Shown: positions 7,566 through 17,446, numbered from the stretch's first letter. The stretch is DNA of 64,000 nucleotides from an uncultured Chloroflexia bacterium (GCA_963707215.1 CAVPPB010000002.1:352001-416000); one strand, 5' to 3'. Made by a program: numbers and translations. Notes: generated by a model not told the origin, from the letters alone.

Positions 7566-9242
7566 CTAGGGACGGCGGACGCCCGGTCCCCGATACAACT
7601 CCATGAGGCGGACCGACAGGCCAGGTCCGGCACCCACGAGCGCGAGGAAGTCGGAGCCGTCGAGGACGAGGAGTCGGCCCTCGGACAGGGCGGTCACGGT
7701 CGCGGTCCGGGGCGTCTCGCGGAGCAGGCCGAGCTCGCCGAAGACTCGGTCCGGGCCGAGCTCCCGGAGTCGCACCGGCTGCCCGTCGGCGTCCGCCTGG
7801 TCCACGGCGAACCGGCCATCCTCGATGACGTAGAAGCGGTCGGCCGGCTCGCCCTCCCGCACGACGACCTGGCCGGCCGCGACCGTCAGGGGCTCGAGGC
7901 GGGCGACGGCCGCCTCCATGGCCGCCGGGGGCACGCCTGCGAAGAGCGGAAGGCCGGCGACCCGCCGCAGCGTCGCCGACGGCCCATCCGGGGCCATACT
8001 CAGGTCAGGGCCGACGAGCGCGACGGCGACGACCGCGGCGACCACGACCGCCGCACCGGTCGCAGCGAGGACCGGCAGCGGCCCGAGGCTGTCGGCCAGC
8101 ACCGGGACCACCAGCGAGCCCGCGGCGTACGCCAGCGTGGAGACGGTCAGGATCCCGCCGAGGGCCCGTCCGCGGATGGCATCCGGGACGAGCCGTTGGA
8201 AGACGGTCGTCCCGACGACCTCGACGATCAGGCTGCCGGTCGCCGTCGCGGCCATCGCCACGAGGGCGAGCGCGACGATGTCGGCCGCCCCGAGTACGGC
8301 GAGCCCGATGCCCAGCAGCACCGCCCCACCGAGGAGCGGCCCGGCGAGCGACGGACGGAGCACGAGTGCGCCGCTGCCGACCGCGCCGATGAGCCCGCCC
8401 ACCCCGATCGCCGCATTGAGGTAGCCGGTCACCTCCTCGCCGGCCCCGAGCTGGTCGCTCGCCAGCAGGACCGTCAGGACGCCCAGCCCGCCGAACGCGA
8501 ACCCGCCCACGACGTCGAGCGTGCCCAGCCCGATCAAGGGGCGCAGGACGGGCCGGAGCAGCGAGGCAGCGGTCTCGGACGGGGCATCGTTCTTGGCTGG
8601 GGCGTCGCCACCGGGCGCGGGCGTCCCGGCGTCGTCGCGGCTGACCGTGCCCTTCGATGACGGCAGCGTCCAGAGGACGATCGCGACGATCCCGAACGTG
8701 ATCGCGTTGAGGATGAACGCCAGTCCCAGGTCGGCGACCGCCAGCAGCAGCCCGGCCAGGCCCGGTCCGACGATGAAGGCCAGGTTGTCGAGCCCGGCCC
8801 AGGCGCTGTTGGCCGGCCCGAGCTCGCGCTCGTCGCGGACCAGGGTCGGCAGGTAGGACCCGATGGCCGGCCCGAAGAACGCCGAGAAGCAGGTCGCCAC
8901 GATGGCCACGAGGACGATCCCGACGAGGGGACCGTCTGTGAGGACCAGCCAGGCCAGGACCACCATGCAGAGGCCCCGCGCGAGGTCGGTCGTGAAGAGC
9001 ACGAGCCGGCGGTCGAAGCGGTCGGCGGCCAGCCCGGCCGGTAGCGAGAGGACCACGTAGGGCAGCACCCGGGCGGCCCCGACGAGACCGAGAAGGAAGG
9101 CGTCGTTGCTCTCGCGGTAGACGACGACGAGCAGGGCGACGAGGTAGAGCCAGTCGCCGATCGACGAGACGAACTCGCCGGCCAGGAGCCGTGTCACCGG
9201 TCGGTTCGACAGCAGCGCGCGGTAGGTCGCCATCGCGCCCAT
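7566..9242 (-). CDS. MFS transporter with C-terminal cyclic-nucleotide-binding domain
   Basis: About 12 TM segments, GLAADRFDRR motif A; C-terminal VVVREGEPADRFYVIEDG...FGELGLL...RTATVTA; start approximate. Confidence 0.92.
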   Translation of the reverse strand: MGAMATYRALLSNRPVTRLLAGEFVSSIGDWLYLVALLVVVYRESNDAFLLGLVGAARVLPYVVLSLPAGLAADRFDRRLVLFTTDLARGLCMVVLAWLVLTDGPLVGIVLVAIVATCFSAFFGPAIGSYLPTLVRDERELGPANSAWAGLDNLAFIVGPGLAGLLLAVADLGLAFILNAITFGIVAIVLWTLPSSKGTVSRDDAGTPAPGGDAPAKNDAPSETAASLLRPVLRPLIGLGTLDVVGGFAFGGLGVLTVLLASDQLGAGEEVTGYLNAAIGVGGLIGAVGSGALVLRPSLAGPLLGGAVLLGIGLAVLGAADIVALALVAMAATATGSLIVEVVGTTVFQRLVPDAIRGRALGGILTVSTLAYAAGSLVVPVLADSLGPLPVLAATGAAVVVAAVVAVALVGPDLSMAPDGPSATLRRVAGLPLFAGVPPAAMEAAVARLEPLTVAAGQVVVREGEPADRFYVIEDGRFAVDQADADGQPVRLRELGPDRVFGELGLLRETPRTATVTALSEGRLLVLDGSDFLALVGAGPGLSVRLMELYRGPGVRRP

Positions 9243-9433
9243 CGCTACGGCGCCCACGTCCGCGTGCTCGACCCCTCCGCCATCGGGGGAGTGTACGGCT
9301 CGTCCCGCCGCTCGCGCCGGTCGTCGGGGTGCGGACAGGACCATCGAAGGGTGGTCTGCGCTCCGGGCGGCGGGCAGGCTAGCGAGGTCGTCGGCGCGAC
9401 CGCGTCTGGGTCAAGGAAAGCGGGAGGCTCCCC

Positions 9434-12050
9434 ATCAACGTTCGCCGAGCGCTGCTCGCAGCGCTGCTCCTCGTCGTCGTGTCCACGGGAGGGACCTCGG
9501 CCGCCGAGCCGGTCCCGTCACCCGCAGCATCCAGCCCACCCGTCGAACCGAGCGTGTCCCCGCTCCCGCCCGACCCTGTCGTCGCCGCTCCCGAGGTCGA
9601 GCAAGTCCCGGCAGCCGCCGGACCCGTCGGCGCGCCCGACGTCGCAGCCGAGCCACTCTCGGCCAGGGGCCGGTACATCGTCCTGCTTCGCGACGGCTCG
9701 ACCTCCGCGCTGGCGAGCTCGCTCGGTCGTCGCTGGGGGTTCCAGCCCGATCGCGTGTTCAGCCGGGCGGTCCGGGGCTTCTCGGCGACGCTGCCGGACG
9801 CGGTCCGCGACCGCCTCGCCCGCGACCCGGACGTCGCAGCGGTGATCCCCGACGAGGTCATCGAGCTCGCCTGGGTGCGCCCGACCGGGATCCGCAGGGT
9901 CAACGCCCCGAGCTCGCCGCTCGCCGACATCGACGCCATCGACGACGCCCGGGTCGATGCCGACATCGCGATCGTGGATACCGGGATCGATCGGACCCAC
10001 CCTGACCTCGACGTCGTCGGCGGCATCAACTGCTCGACGAGCGATCCGAACGCCTGGCGTGACGTGCACGGCCACGGGACCCACGTCGCCGGCACGGCCG
10101 CGGCCATCGACAAGTCGAGCGGGGTCGTCGGCGTCGCCCCCGGCGCCCGGCTGTGGGCGGTCAAGATCCTCAACGACCAGGGCGACGGCCTGCTGTCCTG
10201 GTACGTCTGCGGGCTCGACTGGATCGCCGCCCAGCGCGACCCGTCCGACCCTGACCGGCCGCTCTTCGAAGCGGTCAACATGAGCGTCACCAAATCGGGG
10301 AGCGACGACCAGGCCTGCGGGGACCGCAACGGCGACATCCTCCACCAGGCCATCTGCCGGCTCGTCGGCAGCGGGGTCACCGTCGTCGCGGCGGCCGCCA
10401 ACGACAGCAAGGACGCCGCACTGCGCGTGCCGGCCTCGTACGACGAGGTCATCACGGTCTCGGCGCTGGCCGACATGGACGGGCTCCCCGGCGGGAAGGG
10501 GCCCCAGCTCTGCGGCTCGTACGACGCCGACGACACGTTCGCCGACTTCTCGAACTACGGCGCCGACGTCGACATCATCGCGCCCGGCAAGTGCATCTGG
10601 TCGACCCTCCGGGGGAACCGCTACGGCTACTCGTCGGGGACATCGATGGCGGCACCGCACGTCACCGGCGCCGTCGCCCTGTACAAGGCGTCCCGACCGG
10701 AGGCCACTCCGGCCGAGATCAAGGAGGCCCTGCGGTTCCTGGGGACCTCGGATTGGAAGACCTGGACGGATCCGGATCCCTGGCACGAGCCGCTCCTCGA
10801 CGTGTCACGGCTCGGCCCCCTGGGATCGTTCTCGATGGCTGTCCTGCCCGAGTCCTCCGGCACCGGCGGTGATGACAGCGCCGAGACGACGGTCACCGCC
10901 ACGGTCGCCCTCGTCCGATCGACCACCTTCTTCGAGCCGGTGTCCCTGGCGGCCGAGACGCCCGACGGCATCACCGCGACATTCGACAAGCCGCGCCTCA
11001 TGGGCTTCGGGGTCACCGGGACGACCATGACCCTGACCGCCGCTCCCGGCATCGACCCCGCCGAGATCCCGGTGACGATCCGGGCGACCTACAAGGACAT
11101 CGTCCGGACCACGACCCTGACCCTCGACGTCGAGCCAGCCGCGGTCCGCCTCGCCGGGGCCGACCGCTACGCGACCGCCGCGGCGATCAGCGCGGCCTCC
11201 TTCGGCCCGGGGGTCGCCGTCGCCTACGTGGCCACCGGGGCGAACTTCCCCGACGCCCTCGCCGGCAGCGCCGCCGCCGGCAGCGCCGGGGCCCCGGTCC
11301 TGCTCGTCACGAGGGACACCATCCCGACCGCCACCGCGACCGAGCTCGGCCGCCTCAAGCCGGGTCGGATCGTCGTCCTCGGCGGCGCCTCCGTCGTGAC
11401 CGACGCGGTCAAGGCGGCCCTCGCGCGGTACACCGCCGGCTCGGTCAGCCGCCTCGCCGGGGCCGACCGCTACGCGACCGCCGCGGCGATCAGCGCGGCC
11501 TCCTTCGGCCCGGGGGTCGCCGTCGCCTACGTGGCCACCGGGGCGAACTTCCCCGACGCCCTCGCCGGCAGCGCCGCCGCCGGCAGCGCCGGGGCCCCGG
11601 TCCTGCTCGTCACGAGGGACACCATCCCGACCGCCACCGCGACCGAGCTCGGCCGCCTCAAGCCCGCTCGGATCGTCGTCCTCGGCGGCGCCTCCGTCGT
11701 GACCGACGCGGTCAAGGCGGCCCTCGCGCGGTACACCGCCGGCTCGGTCAGCCGCCTCGCCGGGGCCGACCGCTACGCGACCGCCGCGGCGATCAGCGCG
11801 GCCTCCTTCGGCCCGGGGGTCGCCGTCGCCTACGTGGCCACCGGGGCGAACTTCCCCGACGCCCTCGCCGGCAGCGCCGCCGCCGGCAGCGCCGGGGCCC
11901 CGGTCCTGCTCGTCACGAGGGACACCATCCCGACCGCCACCGCGACCGAGCTCGGCCGCCTCAAGCCCGCTCGGATCGTCGTCCTCGGCGGCGACCGGCG
12001 TCGTGACCGACGCGGTCAAGGCGGCCCTCGCGCGGTACACCAGGCCGTAG
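9434..12050 (+). CDS. secreted S8 subtilase with inhibitor-I9-like prodomain and three cell-wall-binding-2 (CWB2)-like repeats; +1 frameshift near 11993
   Basis: IAIVDTGI, GHGTHVAG, SGTSMAAPHV triad; repeats RLAGADRYATA...FPDAL...PVLL...VVLGG; signal peptide if started at ATC 9434; last repeat completes at TAG 12050 in the shifted frame. Confidence 0.85.
11147..12041 (+). repeat. three near-identical 303-bp tandem repeats (CWB2-like domains)
   Basis: Unit start cgcctcgccggggccgaccgctac at 11147, 11450 and 11753. Confidence 0.95.
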
Positions 12051-12065
12051 GCCTGGCTGGACCCC

Positions 12066-12719
12066 TCAGCCGCCCTCCCCGGGCATCGCCAGGGCGGCAG
12101 TCGGCAGGACCGTGCCCTCGAGCGAGAGCAGCTCTCGCTTGAGCTCGAGGAGCTCCTCGCGGGTCCCGAACCAGGACCCGCCGTAGCCACCGAGCGTCCC
12201 ATCGCCGGCGATGACCCGGTGGCAGGGCACGATCAGGCCGATCGGGTTCCGGCCGACGGCCCCGCCGGTCGCCCGGGCGGCCCCGTGTGCACCGATCGCC
12301 GTCGCGACCCGTCCATAGCTGGTCACGCGACCCCACGGGACGCTCCGGACGGCCTCGAGCACCCGGCGGTCCCAGGCGGATAGCCCCCGCAGGTCGATGG
12401 GCAACGACAGCCTCTCGGGCTCCCCTGCCCAGAAGCGGTCCAGGTGTCGCGCGAGCCGGTCGATCAGGGCTCGTCGGGCCGCTCCGGCACGACGGCCTGC
12501 GATCGGATCACGGTGCGTCCGCCGCACCAGGTGAGATGCGAAGGCATCGTCGGTCGATCGGAGCTCGAGCGCCACGACGGCCTGCGTGGTGACGGCCAAC
12601 CGCACGGGGCCCAGGGGACCGTCGAGGACCGCGATCGCGGTCGTCGCCGCCCCGGCGGGCGCTTCCTGCGCACGGTCGACCAGCGCGGCCGTCGGGGGCT
12701 CGGTCTCGTCTCCCGGCAT
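12066..12719 (-). CDS. ogt: methylated-DNA--protein-cysteine S-methyltransferase
   Basis: [24 protein letters not shown], active site PCHRV, GGYGG. Confidence 0.93.
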   Translation of the reverse strand: MPGDETEPPTAALVDRAQEAPAGAATTAIAVLDGPLGPVRLAVTTQAVVALELRSTDDAFASHLVRRTHRDPIAGRRAGAARRALIDRLARHLDRFWAGEPERLSLPIDLRGLSAWDRRVLEAVRSVPWGRVTSYGRVATAIGAHGAARATGGAVGRNPIGLIVPCHRVIAGDGTLGGYGGSWFGTREELLELKRELLSLEGTVLPTAALAMPGEGG

Positions 12720-12729
12720 GTCGCAAGTC

Positions 12730-12771
12730 TTGCCGTTCAGGACGGCCGACTGCTATACTCGGGGGGAGTAT
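12730..12771 (+). promoter_or_regulatory. copA promoter with CsoR-type operator
   Basis: TTGCCG-N18-TATACT; palindrome ATACTC-GGGGG-GAGTAT (12755-12771) with G-tract. Confidence 0.7.
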
Positions 12772-12773
12772 CG

Positions 12774-15497
12774 ATGGACATCACCACCGCGTCCCCGACC
12801 CCGCCAGCCGGCAGCGCACCGCTGGAAGTCCAGCTGCCCGTGGCCGGGATGACCTGCGCCTCGTGCGTCAACCGCATCGAGCGGTTCCTCAACAAGACCC
12901 CGGGGGTCGAGGAGGCGACGGTCAACCTCGCCACCGAGATGGCGACCATCCGGTACCTGCCGAACCTCGCGGGCCGCAGCGACCTCGTCGGCGCGATCGA
13001 GGCGGCTGGCTACGAGGTCAAGCCGTCGGCCCTCGTGGAGCCGGCCGCGGACGACGGGGCATCCGCCGCCGACGCGCTCGAGGCGGCCCAGGCGGCCGAG
13101 GAGGTCGAACGGGCGCGCGAGCTGCGCCTGATGCTGACCCAGTCGATCGTCGCCGTCGCCGTCGCCCTGGTCGCCATGGTCCTCATGTTCTGGCCGCAGA
13201 CGGTCGTCCCGATGGAGGAGCTCAACAAGCTCATCCTCTGGCCCGCCACGATCGTCCAGTTCTGGGCCGGCGGCCGTTTCTACCGGGCGGCCTGGCGAGC
13301 GCTCCGTCACGGCGGAGCCACGATGGACACCCTGGTCGTAGCCGGGACCAGCGCCGCCTGGGTCTACTCGGTCTTCGTCACCATGTGGCCCGAGGTCATC
13401 CACGCGGCGGGCCTGCACCCCGAGACCTACTTCGAGTCCTCGGCGATCATCATCGGCCTCGTCCTGCTGGGTCGCTGGCTCGAGCTGCGCGCCCGAGGCC
13501 AGACGACCGGCGCGATCCGACGCCTGATGGGTCTCCAGGCGACGACCGCCCGGCTCGTCCGCGGCGACGAAGAGGTCGACGTCCCACTCGCCCAGGTCGT
13601 GACCGGCGACCTGCTGCGGGTCCGCCCCGGCGACAAGGTCCCGGTGGACGGGGTGCTCGTCGAGGGCGGGTCGGCCGTCGACGAGTCGATGCTCACGGGC
13701 GAGGCCATCCCGGTGTCCAAGGCCATCGGCGACGAGGTCATCGGGGCGACCATCAACACGACCGGGTCGTTCGTCATGCGGGCGACCCGGGTCGGTCGCG
13801 AGACCGCCCTCGCCCGGATCGTCGAGATGGTCCAGCGTGCGCAGGGCTCCAAGGCCCCCATCCAGCGCCTCGCAGATCGGATCTCGGCCTGGTTCGTCCC
13901 GTTCGTCCTCATCGTCGGCGCCATCACCTTCGCCATCTGGTTCCTGGGTGGGCCGGAGCCCCGCCTGACCCTGGCGCTCACCGCCTTCATCGCGGTCGTC
14001 GTCATCGCCTGTCCGTGTGCCATGGGCCTCGCCACGCCCACCGCGATCATGGTCGGGACCGGCAAGGGGGCCGAGGCCGGCGTCCTGGTCCGTGGGGGCG
14101 AGGCGCTCGAGATCGCGCACAAGGTCGACGCCGTCCTGTTCGACAAGACCGGGACCCTGACCCTGGGCCGCCCGGCCGTGGCCGGGGTCGTCCCGGCCGA
14201 TGGCTGGTCGGCGGGCGAGATCCTGGACCTCGCCGCGTCGGCCGAGAAGGGCAGCGAGCACCCGCTGGCGGAAGCGATCGTCGCCAGAGCGCAGCAGGAT
14301 GAGCTCGGCTTCCGGGCCGTCGACGGGTTCGAGGCCGTTGCCGGTCACGGGGTGGTGGCGACGGTCGACGGCCGGCGCGTCCTGGTCGGCAACGCCCGGC
14401 TGCTTGCCGAGCACGCGGTCGCGATCGAGCGGCTGGAGGATGTCGCGGCGGCCGAGGCCGCGAACGGGCGCACCCCGGTCTTCGTCGCCGTCGACGGCCA
14501 GCCGGCCGGGGTCGTCACGATCGCCGATCCGGTCAAGGCCGAGTCCGCGCAGGCGATCCGGCAGCTCGCCGGCATGGCCGTCGACGCCTGGATGATCACC
14601 GGCGACCGGCGGACGACGGCCGAGGCGGTCGCCCGCCAGGTCGGCATCCCCTCGGACCGGGTGCTCGCGGAGGTCCTGCCCGGCGACAAGGCCGCAGCGG
14701 TCGAGCGTCTCCAGGCCGAGGGCCGGACGGTCGCGATGGTCGGTGACGGGATCAACGACGCGCCCGCGCTCGCGCAGGCCGACCTCGGCATCGCCATCGG
14801 CACCGGGGCGGACGTCGCGATCGAGGCGTCGGATATCACGCTCGTCGGCGGCGATCCCCGTGGGGTCGTCTCGGGCCTGGTCCTCTCCCGGCGGACGATG
14901 CGGGTGATCCGCCAGAACCTCTTCTGGGCGTTCGCCTACAACGTCCTGCTCATCCCGGTGGCGATGGGCGCCCTGTACCCGACCTTCGGGATCACCCTCG
15001 CGCCGGCGATGGCGGCCGGAGCGATGGCCCTCTCGTCGGTGTCGGTGGTCACGAACTCGCTCCGGCTGCGCTCGGTCCGCATCCGCCCGGACGAGGTCCG
15101 CGCGGAGGGGCGGGGCCTGGGCGCGCGGATCGCGGACGCATCCTTCCTGGCGGTCATCGCCCTCCTCGCCGGCGGGCTGGTGGCCGGGGTCATCGCTGCC
15201 GACCGGGCCGTCGCGGCCGGGTCGACCCAGGTCGACCTGGTGGCCCGGGACGTCGCCTTCTCGACCGACGAGATCCGGGTCCGGGCCGGCGAGCTGTTCA
15301 CCGTGACGCTGGTCAACGAGGACCCGGTCCTCCATGACTGGATGGTCGAGGGTGTTGCCAACGTCGAGGTCATCGCCAGGCCCGGCGCCACGGCGAGCGA
15401 CCGGTTCGTCATCGACCAGCCCGGGACCTACGAGTTCATCTGCTCGTACGAGGGCCACGCCGAGGCCGGCATGGTCGGGATGCTCATCGTCGAGTAG
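12774..15497 (+). CDS. copA: Cu(I)-translocating P1B-type ATPase with C-terminal cupredoxin domain
   Basis: [33 protein letters not shown] and MALSS motifs; tail with H...[11 protein letters not shown]. Confidence 0.95.
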   Translation: MDITTASPTPPAGSAPLEVQLPVAGMTCASCVNRIERFLNKTPGVEEATVNLATEMATIRYLPNLAGRSDLVGAIEAAGYEVKPSALVEPAADDGASAADALEAAQAAEEVERARELRLMLTQSIVAVAVALVAMVLMFWPQTVVPMEELNKLILWPATIVQFWAGGRFYRAAWRALRHGGATMDTLVVAGTSAAWVYSVFVTMWPEVIHAAGLHPETYFESSAIIIGLVLLGRWLELRARGQTTGAIRRLMGLQATTARLVRGDEEVDVPLAQVVTGDLLRVRPGDKVPVDGVLVEGGSAVDESMLTGEAIPVSKAIGDEVIGATINTTGSFVMRATRVGRETALARIVEMVQRAQGSKAPIQRLADRISAWFVPFVLIVGAITFAIWFLGGPEPRLTLALTAFIAVVVIACPCAMGLATPTAIMVGTGKGAEAGVLVRGGEALEIAHKVDAVLFDKTGTLTLGRPAVAGVVPADGWSAGEILDLAASAEKGSEHPLAEAIVARAQQDELGFRAVDGFEAVAGHGVVATVDGRRVLVGNARLLAEHAVAIERLEDVAAAEAANGRTPVFVAVDGQPAGVVTIADPVKAESAQAIRQLAGMAVDAWMITGDRRTTAEAVARQVGIPSDRVLAEVLPGDKAAAVERLQAEGRTVAMVGDGINDAPALAQADLGIAIGTGADVAIEASDITLVGGDPRGVVSGLVLSRRTMRVIRQNLFWAFAYNVLLIPVAMGALYPTFGITLAPAMAAGAMALSSVSVVTNSLRLRSVRIRPDEVRAEGRGLGARIADASFLAVIALLAGGLVAGVIAADRAVAAGSTQVDLVARDVAFSTDEIRVRAGELFTVTLVNEDPVLHDWMVEGVANVEVIARPGATASDRFVIDQPGTYEFICSYEGHAEAGMVGMLIVE

Positions 15498-15543
15498 GCC
15501 CGACCGGGACGGCTCGCGGGCCAGCCGCTGCAGCGGACATGAA

Positions 15544-15571
15544 GAAGCGGGCGCCCCCCGGCGCCCGCTTC
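15544..15571. terminator. hairpin/terminator between convergent genes
   Basis: GAAGCGGGCGCC-CCCC-GGCGCCCGCTTC 12-bp stem; followed by TTC on the minus strand. Confidence 0.75.
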
Positions 15572-15586
15572 GTTGGCTGTGTGGCG

Positions 15587-16300
15587 CTACTGGGCCCGAG
15601 GCTCCCCGGGGCGCCCGACCATGTCGTCGGCGGCGTCCTTCGGAGCCAGCGGCCCCGCCGGCCCGCCATCTCGGTCGCGGACGGCGGGGTTGGCCGAGTC
15701 CGGGGCCTGCACGGCCGTCCGGCTGACCGCCTCGTCCGGGGTGGCATCGCGGACCATCGGATCGACCCAGGCCGGAGCCGGCGGTGTCTTCGCCAGGTCG
15801 CCGGCCCGGATCTCCGCGGCCAAGCCCGGCGCCACGGCGGGGGCGGGGATCGCCCGCGACCCCGCGAGGTCTCCGCCCGCGATCTCGGCGGCAAGGCCGG
15901 GTGCCATGTCAGGGACCGGGATGGACGCGGCCTGCGTCTGGCTACCGGCGGTCGGGGCTGTCAGATCAGAGACCAGCATCGAGGTCGTCGCTGCCCCAAC
16001 AACGATGACACCGGCGATCCCCGCCGCCAGGAGCTTGCGCTGCAGGTCGCGGGCCGCCTCGGCGTTCGGCAGCCGCAGCGAGAGGGCGTGGCCCTCGACG
16101 TCGTCCTCATCGAACAGTCGCAGGGTGACGGTCGTGGACAGGCCGTGGCCCTCGACGTCGGCGCTCTCGTCTGCCGCGATCCGCATCTTGTTGCCGGCAT
16201 AACCGGTCGCGAGGAGATCACGGAGCTGCCCGCTGATCGCCCCCTCGATCGCCCCTTCGACCTCTGTCCCGTCCGCGAGCTTCAGTCGCAGCGCGCTCAT
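15587..16300 (-). CDS. single-TM membrane protein with two DVEGH motifs before the TM and duplicated APGLAAEIxxGDLA repeat after it
   Basis: GAGGTG RBS before ATG 16300; SADVEGHG and DEDDVEGHA; TM LLAAGIAGVIVVGAA. Confidence 0.75.
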   Translation of the reverse strand: MSALRLKLADGTEVEGAIEGAISGQLRDLLATGYAGNKMRIAADESADVEGHGLSTTVTLRLFDEDDVEGHALSLRLPNAEAARDLQRKLLAAGIAGVIVVGAATTSMLVSDLTAPTAGSQTQAASIPVPDMAPGLAAEIAGGDLAGSRAIPAPAVAPGLAAEIRAGDLAKTPPAPAWVDPMVRDATPDEAVSRTAVQAPDSANPAVRDRDGGPAGPLAPKDAADDMVGRPGEPRAQ

Positions 16301-16346
16301 CTCCAGCCACCTCATGGTCGGGTCGCCTGTCGTCCCGTGCCCCAGC

Positions 16347-16411
16347 ACTCTAGGCGCGACGCAGGCCTACGACCAGTCCTCCAGCGACATGGCGCCTGTC
16401 GTCTGGCTGAC
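16347..16411 (-). promoter_or_regulatory. shared upstream element + putative -10
   Basis: Minus strand GTCAGCCAGACGACAGGCGCCATGTCG (16411-16385), then TAGAGT at 16352-16347 (32-nt gap). Confidence 0.55.
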
Positions 16412-16497
16412 ACCTCGACCCGCGACGCGCCCGGGTCGGCGGGCGGGCCGGTGCCGATCGCCCATCCCGCGTCCAGCCGGCGCGCTAGTCTCCGCCC

Positions 16498-17439
16498 ATG
16501 ACCTTCTCCCTGGTCGCTCGCGATCCGGCCACCGGCGACCTCGGCGTGGCGGTCGCGTCGCGCTTCCTCGCGGTCGGCTCGGTCGTGCCCCACGCCCGGG
16601 CCGGCACCGGCGCGGTCGCCACCCAGGCCCTGGCCAACGTCGCCTACGGGCCGGACGGTCTGGCGCTGCTGGCCGACGGCATCGGCGCGACCGACGTCGT
16701 CGCCCGCCTCACGACGCTGGACCAGCATCGCGATCACCGCCAGGTGGGCGTGGTCGACCGCGATGGCGGCGCCGCCTCGTTCACCGGGTCCGCCTGCTCG
16801 GGCTGGGCCGGCGGACGGACCGGCCCGGGCGCCGCGGCCCAGGGCAACATCCTGGCCGGGCCGGAGGTCGCGGAGGCCCTCGTCGACGCCTACGTGGGCG
16901 CCTCGGGTGCGTTCGCCGACCGCCTGCTGGCCGGCTTGCTGGCGGCCGATCGGGGCGGCGGCGACCGCCGTGGTCGCCAATCCGCGGCCCTGCTCGTCGT
17001 CCGCGCGGGTGGTGGCTACATGGGGGGCGACGATCGATGGCTCGACCTGCGGGTCGACGATCACCCGGACCCGGTCGTCGAGCTGATCCGCCTGCGCGGT
17101 CTTCATCGCCTGCTCTGGGAGCCGGTCGACGAGGCGGACCTGGTCCCGCTCGACGTCGCGCTGGCGACGGAGCTGCGCGGGCTCCTAGAGGACGTCAGGG
17201 GCGAGGCCCGGACGAGGACGGAAGTCTACGAGGCGCCCCTCCCCGCCGAGTTGGAGGCGCTCTTCCCGTCGGGTGCGGCCATCGCACCGCGGCCGTACCC
17301 GGCTGGCTGGGACGATGCCTGGCAGGCCAGGCTCATCGCGTGGATGGGGATGGAGAACCTCGAGGGCCGGGTTGTGGCGCCGGGCTGGATCGACCGGGCG
17401 ACGCTCGAGCACCTGCGGGGGGCCGTCGGGACCGCCTGA
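16498..17439 (+). CDS. DUF1028 (Ntn-hydrolase-like) protein with C-terminal extension
   Basis: MTFSLVARD...GVAVAS, GAVATQ, QGNILAG, GGDRRGRQSAAL, DLRVDDH. Confidence 0.9.
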   Translation: MTFSLVARDPATGDLGVAVASRFLAVGSVVPHARAGTGAVATQALANVAYGPDGLALLADGIGATDVVARLTTLDQHRDHRQVGVVDRDGGAASFTGSACSGWAGGRTGPGAAAQGNILAGPEVAEALVDAYVGASGAFADRLLAGLLAADRGGGDRRGRQSAALLVVRAGGGYMGGDDRWLDLRVDDHPDPVVELIRLRGLHRLLWEPVDEADLVPLDVALATELRGLLEDVRGEARTRTEVYEAPLPAELEALFPSGAAIAPRPYPAGWDDAWQARLIAWMGMENLEGRVVAPGWIDRATLEHLRGAVGTA

Positions 17440-17446
17440 CGAGCGT

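Noticed and set aside
6869-7606. Plus-strand ORFs over the repeat (LARDAR..., SRGxPA...)
   Set aside because: Shadow frames of a stop-free GC repeat; the minus-strand frame has the RBS and the DVEGH motif shared with other genes
3396-9342. 16-bp near-match GGTCCTG(A/T)CCGCACCC at 3396-3411 and 9327-9342 (minus)
   Set aside because: Only two copies in different contexts; chance at high GC cannot be excluded
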